Positions 1 through 9,835 of a DNA stretch of 64,000 nt are shown here, one piece after another. A program made the translations under genes and the position numbers. The stretch lies in sequence record SRR20825006_652; one strand, 5' to 3'. The stretch's first letter is position 1. Each line of letters opens with the position of its first letter. Under the pieces are notes generated by a model. The model did no database searches. It saw only the letters and a program-made list of their open reading frames with translations, and was not told the origin of the DNA.

Positions 1-96
1 TGTGAAGATCCTTCAGAGGTATCTTCAGGAGGACGGTGAGCGTTATTTAATTAATTAAATCCGGCAACATATTATCTAACTACTACAGCGAAAGTC

Positions 97-360
97 TTAT
101 TTCATTCTCTTAGCTGTAATTATCGTCAAGCTACCTGAGTTTACGGTGAGAATGGTTTGATGGGCATCATTTTTGAAATAATAATTTTTGCCTCTAGTTT
201 CGATGTTTGCCATGGGCGTGGAAAGTAGCACCTCTTTTAAAAAAGCTTCTAATTCTGAAATTGAACTATCTAACAGATTCAGATTCTTTTTTATCCGAAC
301 AATACCTAAATCGGTATTTCGAAAATTATTACTTATTGCTACTCGTAGTTGATTATCCAT
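97..360 (-). CDS. DUF3781 family small protein
   Basis: 87 aa ORF with TDLGIVRIKKNL, RGKNYY and TVNSGSLTIITAK motifs typical of DUF3781. Confidence 0.7.
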   Translation of the reverse strand: MDNQLRVAISNNFRNTDLGIVRIKKNLNLLDSSISELEAFLKEVLLSTPMANIETRGKNYYFKNDAHQTILTVNSGSLTIITAKRMK

Positions 361-425
361 AAATCATAATGGGTAGGGCAGAACCGCGGACTTGGATTCA
401 GTTAGTCGTTAATAATCCACAAACC

Positions 426-1607
426 TTACTCACCACCACCCATTAAAGGCTCGTTCATGGCGCGAATACTAGAGTTTGGAAGTCCTTCGGGATAGTTTTC
501 CTTAATCATGTCGATGGTTTCAATAACCAGCTTTAAATGGAGCTCTTTGGAATTTTGGTAGAACGATTGCGCCGCTCCCGAAAGCTTTGGTTTTCCGTGA
601 AGTGGTTTATCACTTACACAAAGTAACGTGGCGTGTGGAACTCTGTATCGGAAGCCATTAGTTGCTACCGTTGCCGATTCCATATCTACCGCCATACTTC
701 TGCTTTGGTGAATTTGATCCACCGCTACTTTTTTAGAAAACTCCCAGTTTCTGTTGGCTGTGGTGTAAACAGTTCCCACACGATGTTCCAATCCATGCTG
801 ATCAAGCACCTGCTTCAAATAGAGATTAAGCATGTAATTTGGAACTACAGGAATTCCAATCGGGAAAAGTTCATCAAGCACTTTGTCTTCTCGCATGTAA
901 CCACTAGCAAGTACAAAATCCCCAATTTCTTGGTGATTGCGAAGTCCGCCACAGTGCCCAACCATAATCATGGCATCAGGGCGTAAAACAGCGACGTGGT
1001 CGGTAATGGTTTTTGCGTTCGATGGGCCCACACCAATGTTAATCAGCGTAATGCCTTTGTTGTCATCTAGTTTGTGATGATATGCCGGCATCTGAACGCC
1101 TTCGCGATCTGGCTTCACACAATCAGGATACTTTTCCAAAAACACTTCAACGTGCATGGCATAGTTTGTAAACAATATATATCGTTGGAAATCGCTGGCA
1201 TCTGTTCCTGTATAATGCTGCAACCGATCGATTGAAATATTGGTGCGCTCTGGGCTAAATAGGAATAATTTCTTTTTGGTGATGTCCCAGTTTTGTTCGT
1301 CCGTATGGTCTAGTAATTGAGGATCATTTAAAGGTATAATCTCTCTTGAAGGCTTAATAGAAATACTGGCAGGTTTTGTAAGTAACCGGTTAAGCTCTCG
1401 TTTAAGATACCAACGCAAAGCTTTAGGTTGTGCAAGTTCGCCACTAATAACAGGGTTATGCTCCGACCAATCGCGCTGAACAATCATTTTAGCGTAATTA
1501 CCATTTGCGTAAATTTCTTCCATAAGGTCGCATGCTTTTTCCGTAGCTTTCTTAAGCTCTTCGGAGTTCGAGAAATCAGAATGCGATAAAATCAGTGAGT
1601 CTGACAT
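426..1607 (-). CDS. amn: AMP nucleosidase
   Basis: RLQHYTGT..FQRYILFTNY, QMPAYH, NIGVGPSNAKTITDH, GHCGGLR, DMESAT and LLCVSDKPLHG motifs. Confidence 0.9.
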   Translation of the reverse strand: MSDSLILSHSDFSNSEELKKATEKACDLMEEIYANGNYAKMIVQRDWSEHNPVISGELAQPKALRWYLKRELNRLLTKPASISIKPSREIIPLNDPQLLDHTDEQNWDITKKKLFLFSPERTNISIDRLQHYTGTDASDFQRYILFTNYAMHVEVFLEKYPDCVKPDREGVQMPAYHHKLDDNKGITLINIGVGPSNAKTITDHVAVLRPDAMIMVGHCGGLRNHQEIGDFVLASGYMREDKVLDELFPIGIPVVPNYMLNLYLKQVLDQHGLEHRVGTVYTTANRNWEFSKKVAVDQIHQSRSMAVDMESATVATNGFRYRVPHATLLCVSDKPLHGKPKLSGAAQSFYQNSKELHLKLVIETIDMIKENYPEGLPNSSIRAMNEPLMGGGE

Positions 1608-2183
1608 ATGAATAAACAGTCTTTTAAGTTTACTATTGAACCTTGGTTAACCACGGATGAACGGGTTGAATATACGACTAATATATTCAAGGTATTAAAG
1701 CGAGATATGAAGATTCCTTCAGAAAATCATAAAGCTACCTTTTCTATTCTAGAAGCTCCAGATTGGATTAATGTAATTGCTATCACTAAAAAAAACGAAT
1801 TAGTACTTGTAGAGCAATTTAGGTACGGAACCGAAAAAGCCACTTTAGAACTACCTGGCGGTGTGTGCGACCCTGGCGAGGAACCTCTTGAAACGGCAAA
1901 AAGAGAATTGCTCGAAGAAACTGGCTTTGCGGGAGACGATTGTATTTATTTGGGCAGAGTGAGTTCAAATCCCGCTATACAAACAAATCATACGCATACT
2001 ATTTTGATTAAAAATTGCCAAAAAGTAAGCGAACAAGCATTGGATGGAAACGAGAGAATAAATGTTCATATCATGCCAACGAATGATTTCTTGGAACTAG
2101 TTAGAACGGGAGAAGTTGACCATTCTTTAATTGTGGCTGCGATGGCTAAATTTATGCTGAGCGAACACTATATATCTGAATAA
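1608..2183 (+). CDS. NUDIX hydrolase (ADP-ribose pyrophosphatase-like)
   Basis: Nudix box GGVCDPGEEPLETAKRELLEETG plus upstream QFRY and LELPGG motifs. Confidence 0.85.
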   Translation: MNKQSFKFTIEPWLTTDERVEYTTNIFKVLKRDMKIPSENHKATFSILEAPDWINVIAITKKNELVLVEQFRYGTEKATLELPGGVCDPGEEPLETAKRELLEETGFAGDDCIYLGRVSSNPAIQTNHTHTILIKNCQKVSEQALDGNERINVHIMPTNDFLELVRTGEVDHSLIVAAMAKFMLSEHYISE

Positions 2184-2194
2184 ATCTACAAACC

Positions 2195-2674
2195 ATGTCG
2201 AAAAATCATCATTATTCTGCGAGCATAAACTGGACGGGAAATAAAGGAAGTGGAACTTCAAGCTATAGAGATTATGAGCGAAGTTACGATATCGCAATTG
2301 AAGGTAAGCCTGTTATAAAAGCTTCTTCAGACCCTGCATTTTTAGGAGACGAAACGAAGCATAATCCAGAAGACCTTTTCTTGGCATCCATTTCATCCTG
2401 CCATATGTTATGGTTTTTGCATTTGTGCGCTCAAGCGGGAGTTATAGTTTCGAGCTATCACGATGAAGCAACTGGAACGATGGAAGAAGAAAAAGACGGA
2501 AAAGGAAGATTTGTTGAGGTTGTTCTCGCTCCCAAAGTAGAAGTAGAACACGAAGAGATGATTGAGAAAGCTAACGCTCTGCACAAAAAAGCGAACGAGA
2601 TGTGTTTTATAGCGAACTCCTGCAACTTTAAGATTGTTCATCAAGCCGAAGCGTTTGTAAAAACGAAAAAATAA
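2195..2674 (+). CDS. OsmC/Ohr family protein
   Basis: NPEDLFLASISSCHMLWFL and CFIANS two-Cys motifs. Confidence 0.85.
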   Translation: MSKNHHYSASINWTGNKGSGTSSYRDYERSYDIAIEGKPVIKASSDPAFLGDETKHNPEDLFLASISSCHMLWFLHLCAQAGVIVSSYHDEATGTMEEEKDGKGRFVEVVLAPKVEVEHEEMIEKANALHKKANEMCFIANSCNFKIVHQAEAFVKTKK

Positions 2675-2703
2675 AGCATCAATTTGTAAGGAAGAATAGA
2701 TTT

Positions 2704-3177
2704 ATGATTGACCTAAATAAAAAGATGGACACGAATTTTTCGCTCAAAATAGTTGAGGGTGGTGAAGAGAAGACGGTTGAGTTTAGTTCTCTTCTGACTC
2801 GAAAAACCATCGTTTCGGTTTATATGAAGAACAATACATCAAGCTGTGATAAGCAAACCTTAAGCTTGGCTGAAAACGCCGATTGGTTTGATGAACATGG
2901 GTTCAATCTAATCGCAATAAGTAAAGATACTTGTGGCTCGCATAAAAAATACGCAAATAAACAAGGTATCAACTACGTATTAGCTTCTGATCCTGAATAT
3001 AAATTCGCAACAGCTACGGATTCTTTGGTTGAAAAAAAGATGTACGGAAAAACCTTTGTAGGTCCTTCACGTTCGGCCTTTGTTATTGATGCGGATGGTA
3101 CTATTTTGAGAACTATTGAAAAAATCGACGCAAAAGCACACGCAGAAGAGTTGAAAGCTCTTGTCGAACGTTTATAA
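2704..3177 (+). CDS. Peroxiredoxin (BCP/PrxQ-like)
   Basis: TSSC peroxidatic motif, ISKD..SHKK, KKMYGK and RSAFVID motifs. Confidence 0.8.
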   Translation: MIDLNKKMDTNFSLKIVEGGEEKTVEFSSLLTRKTIVSVYMKNNTSSCDKQTLSLAENADWFDEHGFNLIAISKDTCGSHKKYANKQGINYVLASDPEYKFATATDSLVEKKMYGKTFVGPSRSAFVIDADGTILRTIEKIDAKAHAEELKALVERL

Positions 3178-3192
3178 TAAATCTGTTTGTAT

Positions 3193-5733
3193 ATGAAAAG
3201 TCTGGTAATCGTAGAGTCCCCTACCAAAACGAAAACAATAAGTAAGTACTTACCAAAGGGCTACGAAGTAGACTCTTCCATGGGGCACATCAGAGATTTG
3301 CCTTCATCAGCAAAGTTGGTACCCGCTAAATATAAAAAAGAGCCGTGGTCTAGTTTAAGTATAAACGCAGACGACGATTATTTCGCAATTTATGTTACCC
3401 CGCCAGATAAAAAGAAAATTGTAAAGCGTCTTAAAGACAAGCTGAAAAATGTTGACGAACTGATACTCGCAACTGATGAGGATCGTGAAGGTGAAGCTAT
3501 TTCTTGGCACTTGTTAGAAGTGTTGAAACCTAAAGTGCCCGTTAAGAGAATGGCATTTCGGGAGATTACAAAAGAAGCGGTATTGAATGCACTCGAAAAT
3601 ACTCGCGATATTGATATGAACCTTGTTTACGCACAAGAAACGCGTAGAATTTTAGATCGCTTGGCAGGTTATACAGTTTCGCCACTGCTTTGGAAAAAGA
3701 TTTCTCCAGGTCTTTCGGCTGGTCGTGTGCAATCTGTAGCGGTTAAGTTTCTTGTTGAGCGCGAGCGCGAGCGTATGAAATTCAGAAGTGGTACGTACTA
3801 CGATCTGCAAGCACTTGTTCAAAAAGATGGCGATAGCTACGATTTTAAGGCTGATTTAACTCATTTAGCTGGAAAGAGACTTGCCAGCGGAAAAGACTTT
3901 GACGAAAGCACTGGAAAGCTAAAAAAACCAGATTCTGTAGTTCTACTTGATGAAAAAGCATCAAAAGCATTAGTAGATGATTTGAAAAACGCGGATTGGT
4001 CGGTTACCGATGTTGATGTTAAAAAGCAGAAACGAAATCCATCTCCGCCATTTATAACTTCTACTTTGCAACAGGAAGCAAATCGGAAGTTCAATTTCTC
4101 TGCCAGAGATACCATGAGCGTTGCTCAAAAATTGTATGAAAAAGGTTTTATAACCTACATGAGAACAGATTCTACAAGACTGTCGTCTCAAGCAATTGAA
4201 GCTGCCCGAGAAGGAATTTTGAGCCAATATGGCGAAGAGTATTTATTTGACCGCGTAAGAAATTATAATGCTAAAGGTAAGTCGGCTCAGGAAGCTCACG
4301 AAGCTATTCGTCCATCAGGTTCTAAGTTTATACTTCCAGAAAAATCTGGTCTAAAAGATCGTGAGTTTAAACTCTATGATTTAATTTGGAAGCGTACTAT
4401 TGCCACTCAAATGGCTGAAGCTGAGTTAGAGTTTACAGGTGTTACTATCACGGCAAAAAATAACGATACTACTGCTGATTTTAGAGCTAGCGGAAAGAAA
4501 ATTCTTTTCCCTGGATTTTTCCGAGCTTACGTTGAAGGCAGTGACGATCCTGAAGTTGCGTTAGAAAATCAAGAAAATTTCTTACCACCAATGAAGAAAG
4601 GTGACGCAACCAAACTTCAAGATTTGAATTTTAACGCGCATCAAACGAAGCCACCAGCACGCTATACGGAAGCAACATTGGTTAAAGAGCTTGAGAAAAG
4701 AGGAATTGGGCGCCCGAGTACATACGCAACCGTAATAAGTACGGTTCAGGATAGAGGTTATGCCAAAAATGATGGCAAAATGCTTATTCCTACATTTACA
4801 GCCTTTGCGGTTTCTGCGTTATTAGAGAAACATTTTCCAGACTTGGTAGATAGTGATTTTACTTCTGCTTTAGAAGATAAACTGGATGGTATTGCGAATG
4901 GAACTGAAGACCGAATTAAGTACTTGGACGATTACTACAAGGGCGAAAACGGCTTAAAAGCTAGTGTAGAACGCCAAGACGAAATAATTAATCCGCAAGA
5001 AGCGAAGCTGTTAGATTTACCTCTTGAAGGAATTGAAGGTATACAAGTGTCTGTGGGTAGATTTGGGCCGTACGCTAAAATGATGAAGGATGGAGAGGAA
5101 GTTTCTACTTCATTGCCGATAGATATGGATCCAAGCGATTTAACAGTTGCTAAATTAGAAGCTTTGATCAAAATTTCTGAGGAAGAAGATAAGCCTATTG
5201 GTGTTCATCCAGAGGAAGGATTGCCAATTTTCTTATTGTCTGGAAGATATGGACCGTATGTTCAATTAGGTGAAATTACCGAAGAGAACAAAAAGCCAAA
5301 GCGCTCTTCGCTATTAAAAGGAATGACGCCCGAAGACGTGGATTTAAAACTAGCTATAAAATTGCTAGAACTTCCTAGATTGCTCGGAGAGCACCCCGAA
5401 GACGGAAAGGTGGTAAGAGCTGGTGTTGGGCGATTTGGGCCGTATGTGGTTCACGATGGCAAGTTTAAATCAATTCCTAAAGATGATGACGTACTTACAA
5501 TTGAAATGGCTCGTGCTATTGAACTTTTAAATCAGAAAGTAGCTTCTCGAAAAAGTTCAGAATTAAAAGATTTAGGAGAGCATCCAGAATCTAAAGATCC
5601 GATTAAAGTGATGAGTGGGAGATACGGTCCGTATATCAAATACGGAAAGAAGAATATCGGTTTGCCAAAAGGTATAGAGCCTGAAAATTATACTCTTGCC
5701 GAAGCGGTTGAACTCATTGCTTCAAAAGGATAA
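3193..5733 (+). CDS. topA: DNA topoisomerase I with Toprim_C repeats
   Basis: LVIVESP, ATDEDREGEAI, SAGRVQS, ITYMRTDS (catalytic Tyr) and four GR(F/Y)GPY C-terminal repeats; ATG 3193 preferred over TTG 3187. Confidence 0.97.
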   Translation: MKSLVIVESPTKTKTISKYLPKGYEVDSSMGHIRDLPSSAKLVPAKYKKEPWSSLSINADDDYFAIYVTPPDKKKIVKRLKDKLKNVDELILATDEDREGEAISWHLLEVLKPKVPVKRMAFREITKEAVLNALENTRDIDMNLVYAQETRRILDRLAGYTVSPLLWKKISPGLSAGRVQSVAVKFLVERERERMKFRSGTYYDLQALVQKDGDSYDFKADLTHLAGKRLASGKDFDESTGKLKKPDSVVLLDEKASKALVDDLKNADWSVTDVDVKKQKRNPSPPFITSTLQQEANRKFNFSARDTMSVAQKLYEKGFITYMRTDSTRLSSQAIEAAREGILSQYGEEYLFDRVRNYNAKGKSAQEAHEAIRPSGSKFILPEKSGLKDREFKLYDLIWKRTIATQMAEAELEFTGVTITAKNNDTTADFRASGKKILFPGFFRAYVEGSDDPEVALENQENFLPPMKKGDATKLQDLNFNAHQTKPPARYTEATLVKELEKRGIGRPSTYATVISTVQDRGYAKNDGKMLIPTFTAFAVSALLEKHFPDLVDSDFTSALEDKLDGIANGTEDRIKYLDDYYKGENGLKASVERQDEIINPQEAKLLDLPLEGIEGIQVSVGRFGPYAKMMKDGEEVSTSLPIDMDPSDLTVAKLEALIKISEEEDKPIGVHPEEGLPIFLLSGRYGPYVQLGEITEENKKPKRSSLLKGMTPEDVDLKLAIKLLELPRLLGEHPEDGKVVRAGVGRFGPYVVHDGKFKSIPKDDDVLTIEMARAIELLNQKVASRKSSELKDLGEHPESKDPIKVMSGRYGPYIKYGKKNIGLPKGIEPENYTLAEAVELIASKG

Positions 5734-5798
5734 ATTAATAGGGTTGATTCCTCTCATAAAGGAAACTATTTTCAAGGTGTTGGTTATTCTACAAAAAT

Positions 5799-6374
5799 GT
5801 GATTTCCATGCAAAAGCGAAGTAATTTTCATTTTAAATATCCGCCTAATATTCACGAATTGGACTTAGCAACCATGGTGAATATGTTTAGGACAAGAGGT
5901 GAGCCTCGGCATGCTTCGCCGGGACAACATTTTGCTTGCGGGATCACACAAGAGCTGATCAAGGAAGGAAAATGGTGGTTTGGCTTACATTATTCCCAAA
6001 AGACTTGGGACAACATGCTTACCAAGGGTGCTGAAGGGTTTCCGCTCACTGAAGCTGAGTTGAATGTTCTCGGTAAAATCTATTTAAATGATGAGGAAGC
6101 TCCTCACCGAGAGATCATAGAGAGAAGCGCCGGCGTAACGGAAAAACTCGCCTATCTTATTGTAAACGACTTGCGCGCTTTCGGCTTTTTGATAGAAGAT
6201 GAAAGTGGTTTTCTACGTATTACCCCAAGAGGCGAAAAAGCTCTAAATGGTATCGCCCGACGCATTTATGAGAAACGTTTTATGCCAGAAATGTTGAATA
6301 ACTATGAAATACGGGAAGAACCTACCATAGAACAAGCTTTAAAGAAAGACCAAGAACAAAAAAGTTTGTTCTAA
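5799..6374 (+). CDS. Hypothetical protein with possible C-terminal winged helix
   Basis: 191 aa ORF filling the gap; LTEAELNVL...LRAFGFL...LRITPRG resembles a wHTH; start uncertain (GTG 5799 or ATG 5808). Confidence 0.7.
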   Translation: MISMQKRSNFHFKYPPNIHELDLATMVNMFRTRGEPRHASPGQHFACGITQELIKEGKWWFGLHYSQKTWDNMLTKGAEGFPLTEAELNVLGKIYLNDEEAPHREIIERSAGVTEKLAYLIVNDLRAFGFLIEDESGFLRITPRGEKALNGIARRIYEKRFMPEMLNNYEIREEPTIEQALKKDQEQKSLF

Positions 6375-6480
6375 CACTACCAACCTACTCGCTACTAATC
6401 AATTTAGTTTCAAGAAGAATTTTAGTGGTTGAGTATCTTTTTATTACATTTAGGCCAAATGTTAATCAAATGGCCAAATT

Positions 6481-9400
6481 ATGAAAAAGGGATTTCTAGG
6501 AACAGGATTATTACTGTTTATTCTATCTACTACGTATAGCTTATTTGCACAAGGCACACAGTTATTAAAAGAGCCGACTATTTCGCAAGATTATATTGTA
6601 TTTGTGCACGCCAACGATTTGTGGAAGGTGAATAGAAATGGCGGTGATGCGATAAGATTAACTAGTAATATTGGAGAGGAATCATATCCTCATTTTTCGC
6701 CAGACGGTAAGACCATCGCTTTTACTGGGCAATACGCTGGCAACTCTGATGTTTATGTAGTTTCACTTGGTGGTGGAGAGCCAACTCGTTTAACTTGGCA
6801 TCCTGGCGCCGATATTGTAACAGGCTGGACTCCTGATGGAAAATCGATTTTATTTAGATCCGGTAGAACTGGATATCCCACAGGTATGAGTAGAATTTGG
6901 AAGATTAATACTTCGGGAGGAATGCCTGAAGTGTTGCCAATTCCTAGAGCTGCGGAAGGGGAGATTTCGTCTGATGGAAAATACATTGCATACAATCCCA
7001 TCACTTTTTGGGATGCTGAGTGGAGAAATTATAGAGGTGGGCAAGCTCAACCAATCTGGATTGTTGATTTAAAAAGCTTTGAACTAAAACAAACCCCAAG
7101 AACAGATAATGAGCGCCACGTTGACCCTGTTTGGTACAAAGGAACAGTTTTTTTCTTATCTGAAAGAGACTTTGCTAATAATATATGGTCGTTTGATCCT
7201 AAAACAGATGAGCTGAAACAGTGGACGTTCCATTCCGACTTTGATGTAAAAAGCATCGATGCAGGGCCTGATTTAATTGTTTACGAACAAGGTGGATATC
7301 TCCATGAATTAGATCCTAAAACAGGTAAAACAAAACAACTTACTATTACTGTTAAGGGAGATATGAGCTGGGGACGTGAACGTTGGGAAGATGTGAGTGC
7401 AAGAAATCTAACAAATCCTCAATTATCACCGAAAGGGAAACGTGCACTGTTTGAGTATAGAGGTGAAATATTCACAATCCCGAAAGAAGATGGGACTTGG
7501 AGAAACTTGAGTAATAGCTCAAACGCTGCTGATAGATCTCCAATTTGGTCACCTGATGGGAACAAAATCGCTTGGTTCTCTGATGAAAGTGGAGAGTATG
7601 AATTAGTGATTTCAGATCAGTATGGATTAGATGCTAAAAAGTCTATAAAACTTCCAAATCAAACCTTCTATTTCCGTCCTTCTTGGTCGCCTAATGGAAA
7701 ATACATTGCCTACACCGATACCGATTATAATCTTTGGTATGTAAATATTGAGACAGGTAAAGCCCAAAAGGTTGATACAGATGGCTACGCTCATCCAAAT
7801 AGAACGTTGAATCCCGTTTGGTCTCCAGATAGCAAATGGATTGCTTATGTGAAGTTGCTCAAGAGCCAATTCAAGGTGGTTAAAGTTCACAATGTTGAAA
7901 CTAATAAAACCGAGCAACTCACTGATGGAATGTCTGATTCTATCACACCAGTTTGGGATGAAAGTGGTAAGTATCTATACTTCTTATCTAGTACTAATTA
8001 TGGATTGGGTTCAGGTTGGCTAGATATGAGTTCTTATAATAGTCCATTAAGTAATGATTTATATATGATTCTTCTTTCAAAGGATGAAGCCTCACCGTTT
8101 TTACCAAAAAGTGATGACGAAGTAGAGGAAGAGCCAACAAAGAAAGACGAGAAGAATTCCGAAGTATCCGTACAGATTGATATGGAGGGAATTGCTCAAC
8201 GCATAATTAATATTGATGTTCCAAGTAGAAATTATACGGGGCTAATTGCAGGCCCAGAAGGCACCGTTTTCTATATCGAAAATGTTCCAAATGAAGGTTC
8301 TAAGCTTCATCGGTACAGTTTAAAAGATAGAAAGAGTATCACTTATCTAGATGCGGTAAACTCAGCAGTTGTATCAGAAGATAGAAAAGAGCTTTTGTAC
8401 TATGCTCGTGGAAGTTGGGGAATTGTGAGTACTACTGGCGGCGAGAAAAAAGTAGGAGATGGCAAGCTAATCCTTCAAGGATTAAAAGTTAAGGTTGACC
8501 CAAAAGCTGAAGCTCATCAGATTTTTAAAGAAGGCTGGCGATACATGCGGGATTTTCTTTACGTGGATAATATGCACGGAGCACCTTGGGATGATGTATA
8601 CAAATGGTATGCGCCTTGGATAGATCACGTTAAGCATCGTTCTGATTTGAATTATGTAGTAGATATAATGAGTGGCGAAGTGGCAGTGGGCCATTCGTAT
8701 GTTTCTGGTGGAGATTATCCAGATTTGGACAATGTACCTGCTGGATTGCTTGGCGCAGATATTTCACTAGAAAAAGGTTTTTATAGAATCGATAAAATCT
8801 ACACTGGCGAAAATTGGAACCCAGGGGTAGAAGGACCACTTTCTATTCCTGGAGTTGATGTGAACGAAGGTGACTATATTCTAGAAGTGAATGGAAAAGA
8901 GCTAAAAGAATCGGAAAATTTCTATAAAAATTTTGAAGGAACCGTTGGGCGTCAAGTGCATCTTTTAGTAAATGAAAAACCCACTAAAGCAGGAGCTAGG
9001 CTCATCACAACCATTCCGATTTCCAATGAAAGAGCGCTGAGAAGTTGGGCTTGGGTTGAAGGAAATCGGAAGAAAGTAGACGAACTTTCAGGTGGAAAAC
9101 TTGCATACGTCTGGGTTCCAAATACGGGCGATGGAGGATACACTTATTTCAATAGATACTACTTCGCTCAACAGGATAAAAAAGGTGCTATTATTGATGA
9201 AAGGAATAATGGTGGTGGTTCTGCAGCAGATTATATTGTCGATATCTTGAATAGAAAAGTTCAGGGTTTTTTCAACAGTAAGGCTGGAGATAGAACTCCA
9301 TTTACATCGCCTGGTGCAGGAATCTGGGGACCAAAGGTTATGATTATTAATGAGCGTGCAGGTTCGGGTGGAGATTTGCTGCCGTTTTTATTCAAACAGA

Positions 9401-9726
9401 TGAAAATCGGTCCGTTAGTTGGTACTAAAACTTGGGGAGGCTTGGTTGGAACTTGGGACACACCTCAATTTATTGATGGTGGCAGAATGGTAGCACCTAG
9501 AGGAGGGTTTTATAACATTGATGGTGAATGGGATGTTGAAGGTCTTGGAATTGCCCCAGATATTGAGGTAATGCAAACACCGAAAGATGTTATCAATGGG
9601 CGAGATCCTCAGCTTGAAAAAGCGGTTAAGGAAGCCCTAAGGTTGTTGAAAGATTATCCTGATCCATTGAAAAAACAACCTGAAGATCCTATCAGATGGA
9701 AAAGACCGAATAAAACTAAAAATTAG
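6481..9726 (+). CDS. Tricorn protease (S41 family), secreted
   Basis: Signal peptide, PD40/beta-propeller repeats (WSPDG), PDZ region, DERNNGGG, AGSGGD and GTKTWGG motifs. Confidence 0.93.
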   Translation: MKKGFLGTGLLLFILSTTYSLFAQGTQLLKEPTISQDYIVFVHANDLWKVNRNGGDAIRLTSNIGEESYPHFSPDGKTIAFTGQYAGNSDVYVVSLGGGEPTRLTWHPGADIVTGWTPDGKSILFRSGRTGYPTGMSRIWKINTSGGMPEVLPIPRAAEGEISSDGKYIAYNPITFWDAEWRNYRGGQAQPIWIVDLKSFELKQTPRTDNERHVDPVWYKGTVFFLSERDFANNIWSFDPKTDELKQWTFHSDFDVKSIDAGPDLIVYEQGGYLHELDPKTGKTKQLTITVKGDMSWGRERWEDVSARNLTNPQLSPKGKRALFEYRGEIFTIPKEDGTWRNLSNSSNAADRSPIWSPDGNKIAWFSDESGEYELVISDQYGLDAKKSIKLPNQTFYFRPSWSPNGKYIAYTDTDYNLWYVNIETGKAQKVDTDGYAHPNRTLNPVWSPDSKWIAYVKLLKSQFKVVKVHNVETNKTEQLTDGMSDSITPVWDESGKYLYFLSSTNYGLGSGWLDMSSYNSPLSNDLYMILLSKDEASPFLPKSDDEVEEEPTKKDEKNSEVSVQIDMEGIAQRIINIDVPSRNYTGLIAGPEGTVFYIENVPNEGSKLHRYSLKDRKSITYLDAVNSAVVSEDRKELLYYARGSWGIVSTTGGEKKVGDGKLILQGLKVKVDPKAEAHQIFKEGWRYMRDFLYVDNMHGAPWDDVYKWYAPWIDHVKHRSDLNYVVDIMSGEVAVGHSYVSGGDYPDLDNVPAGLLGADISLEKGFYRIDKIYTGENWNPGVEGPLSIPGVDVNEGDYILEVNGKELKESENFYKNFEGTVGRQVHLLVNEKPTKAGARLITTIPISNERALRSWAWVEGNRKKVDELSGGKLAYVWVPNTGDGGYTYFNRYYFAQQDKKGAIIDERNNGGGSAADYIVDILNRKVQGFFNSKAGDRTPFTSPGAGIWGPKVMIINERAGSGGDLLPFLFKQMKIGPLVGTKTWGGLVGTWDTPQFIDGGRMVAPRGGFYNIDGEWDVEGLGIAPDIEVMQTPKDVINGRDPQLEKAVKEALRLLKDYPDPLKKQPEDPIRWKRPNKTKN

Positions 9727-9738
9727 GTTACTAGATAA

Positions 9739-9769
9739 AATAAAAGCCACTCAAAAAGTGGCTTTTATT
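9739..9769. terminator. Bidirectional intrinsic terminator
   Basis: AATAAAAGCCACT-CAAAA-AGTGGCTTTTATT between convergent genes. Confidence 0.8.
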
Positions 9770-9835
9770 ATTTAGAACAATGAATTCTAAAAACGAATAT
9801 GAGTATGTAACTCACATTTGGAAGTAGTGTCTATC

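Noticed and set aside
2-58. Possible 3' end of a plus-strand gene (VKILQRYLQEDGERYLIN*)
   Set aside because: Too short at the window edge; another frame is also open to a stop, so no call can be supported
2704-3177. Peroxiredoxin as another pseudoenzyme (YMKNNTSSC instead of YPKxxTPGC)
   Set aside because: The Thr, peroxidatic Cys and Arg are retained, so it is probably active
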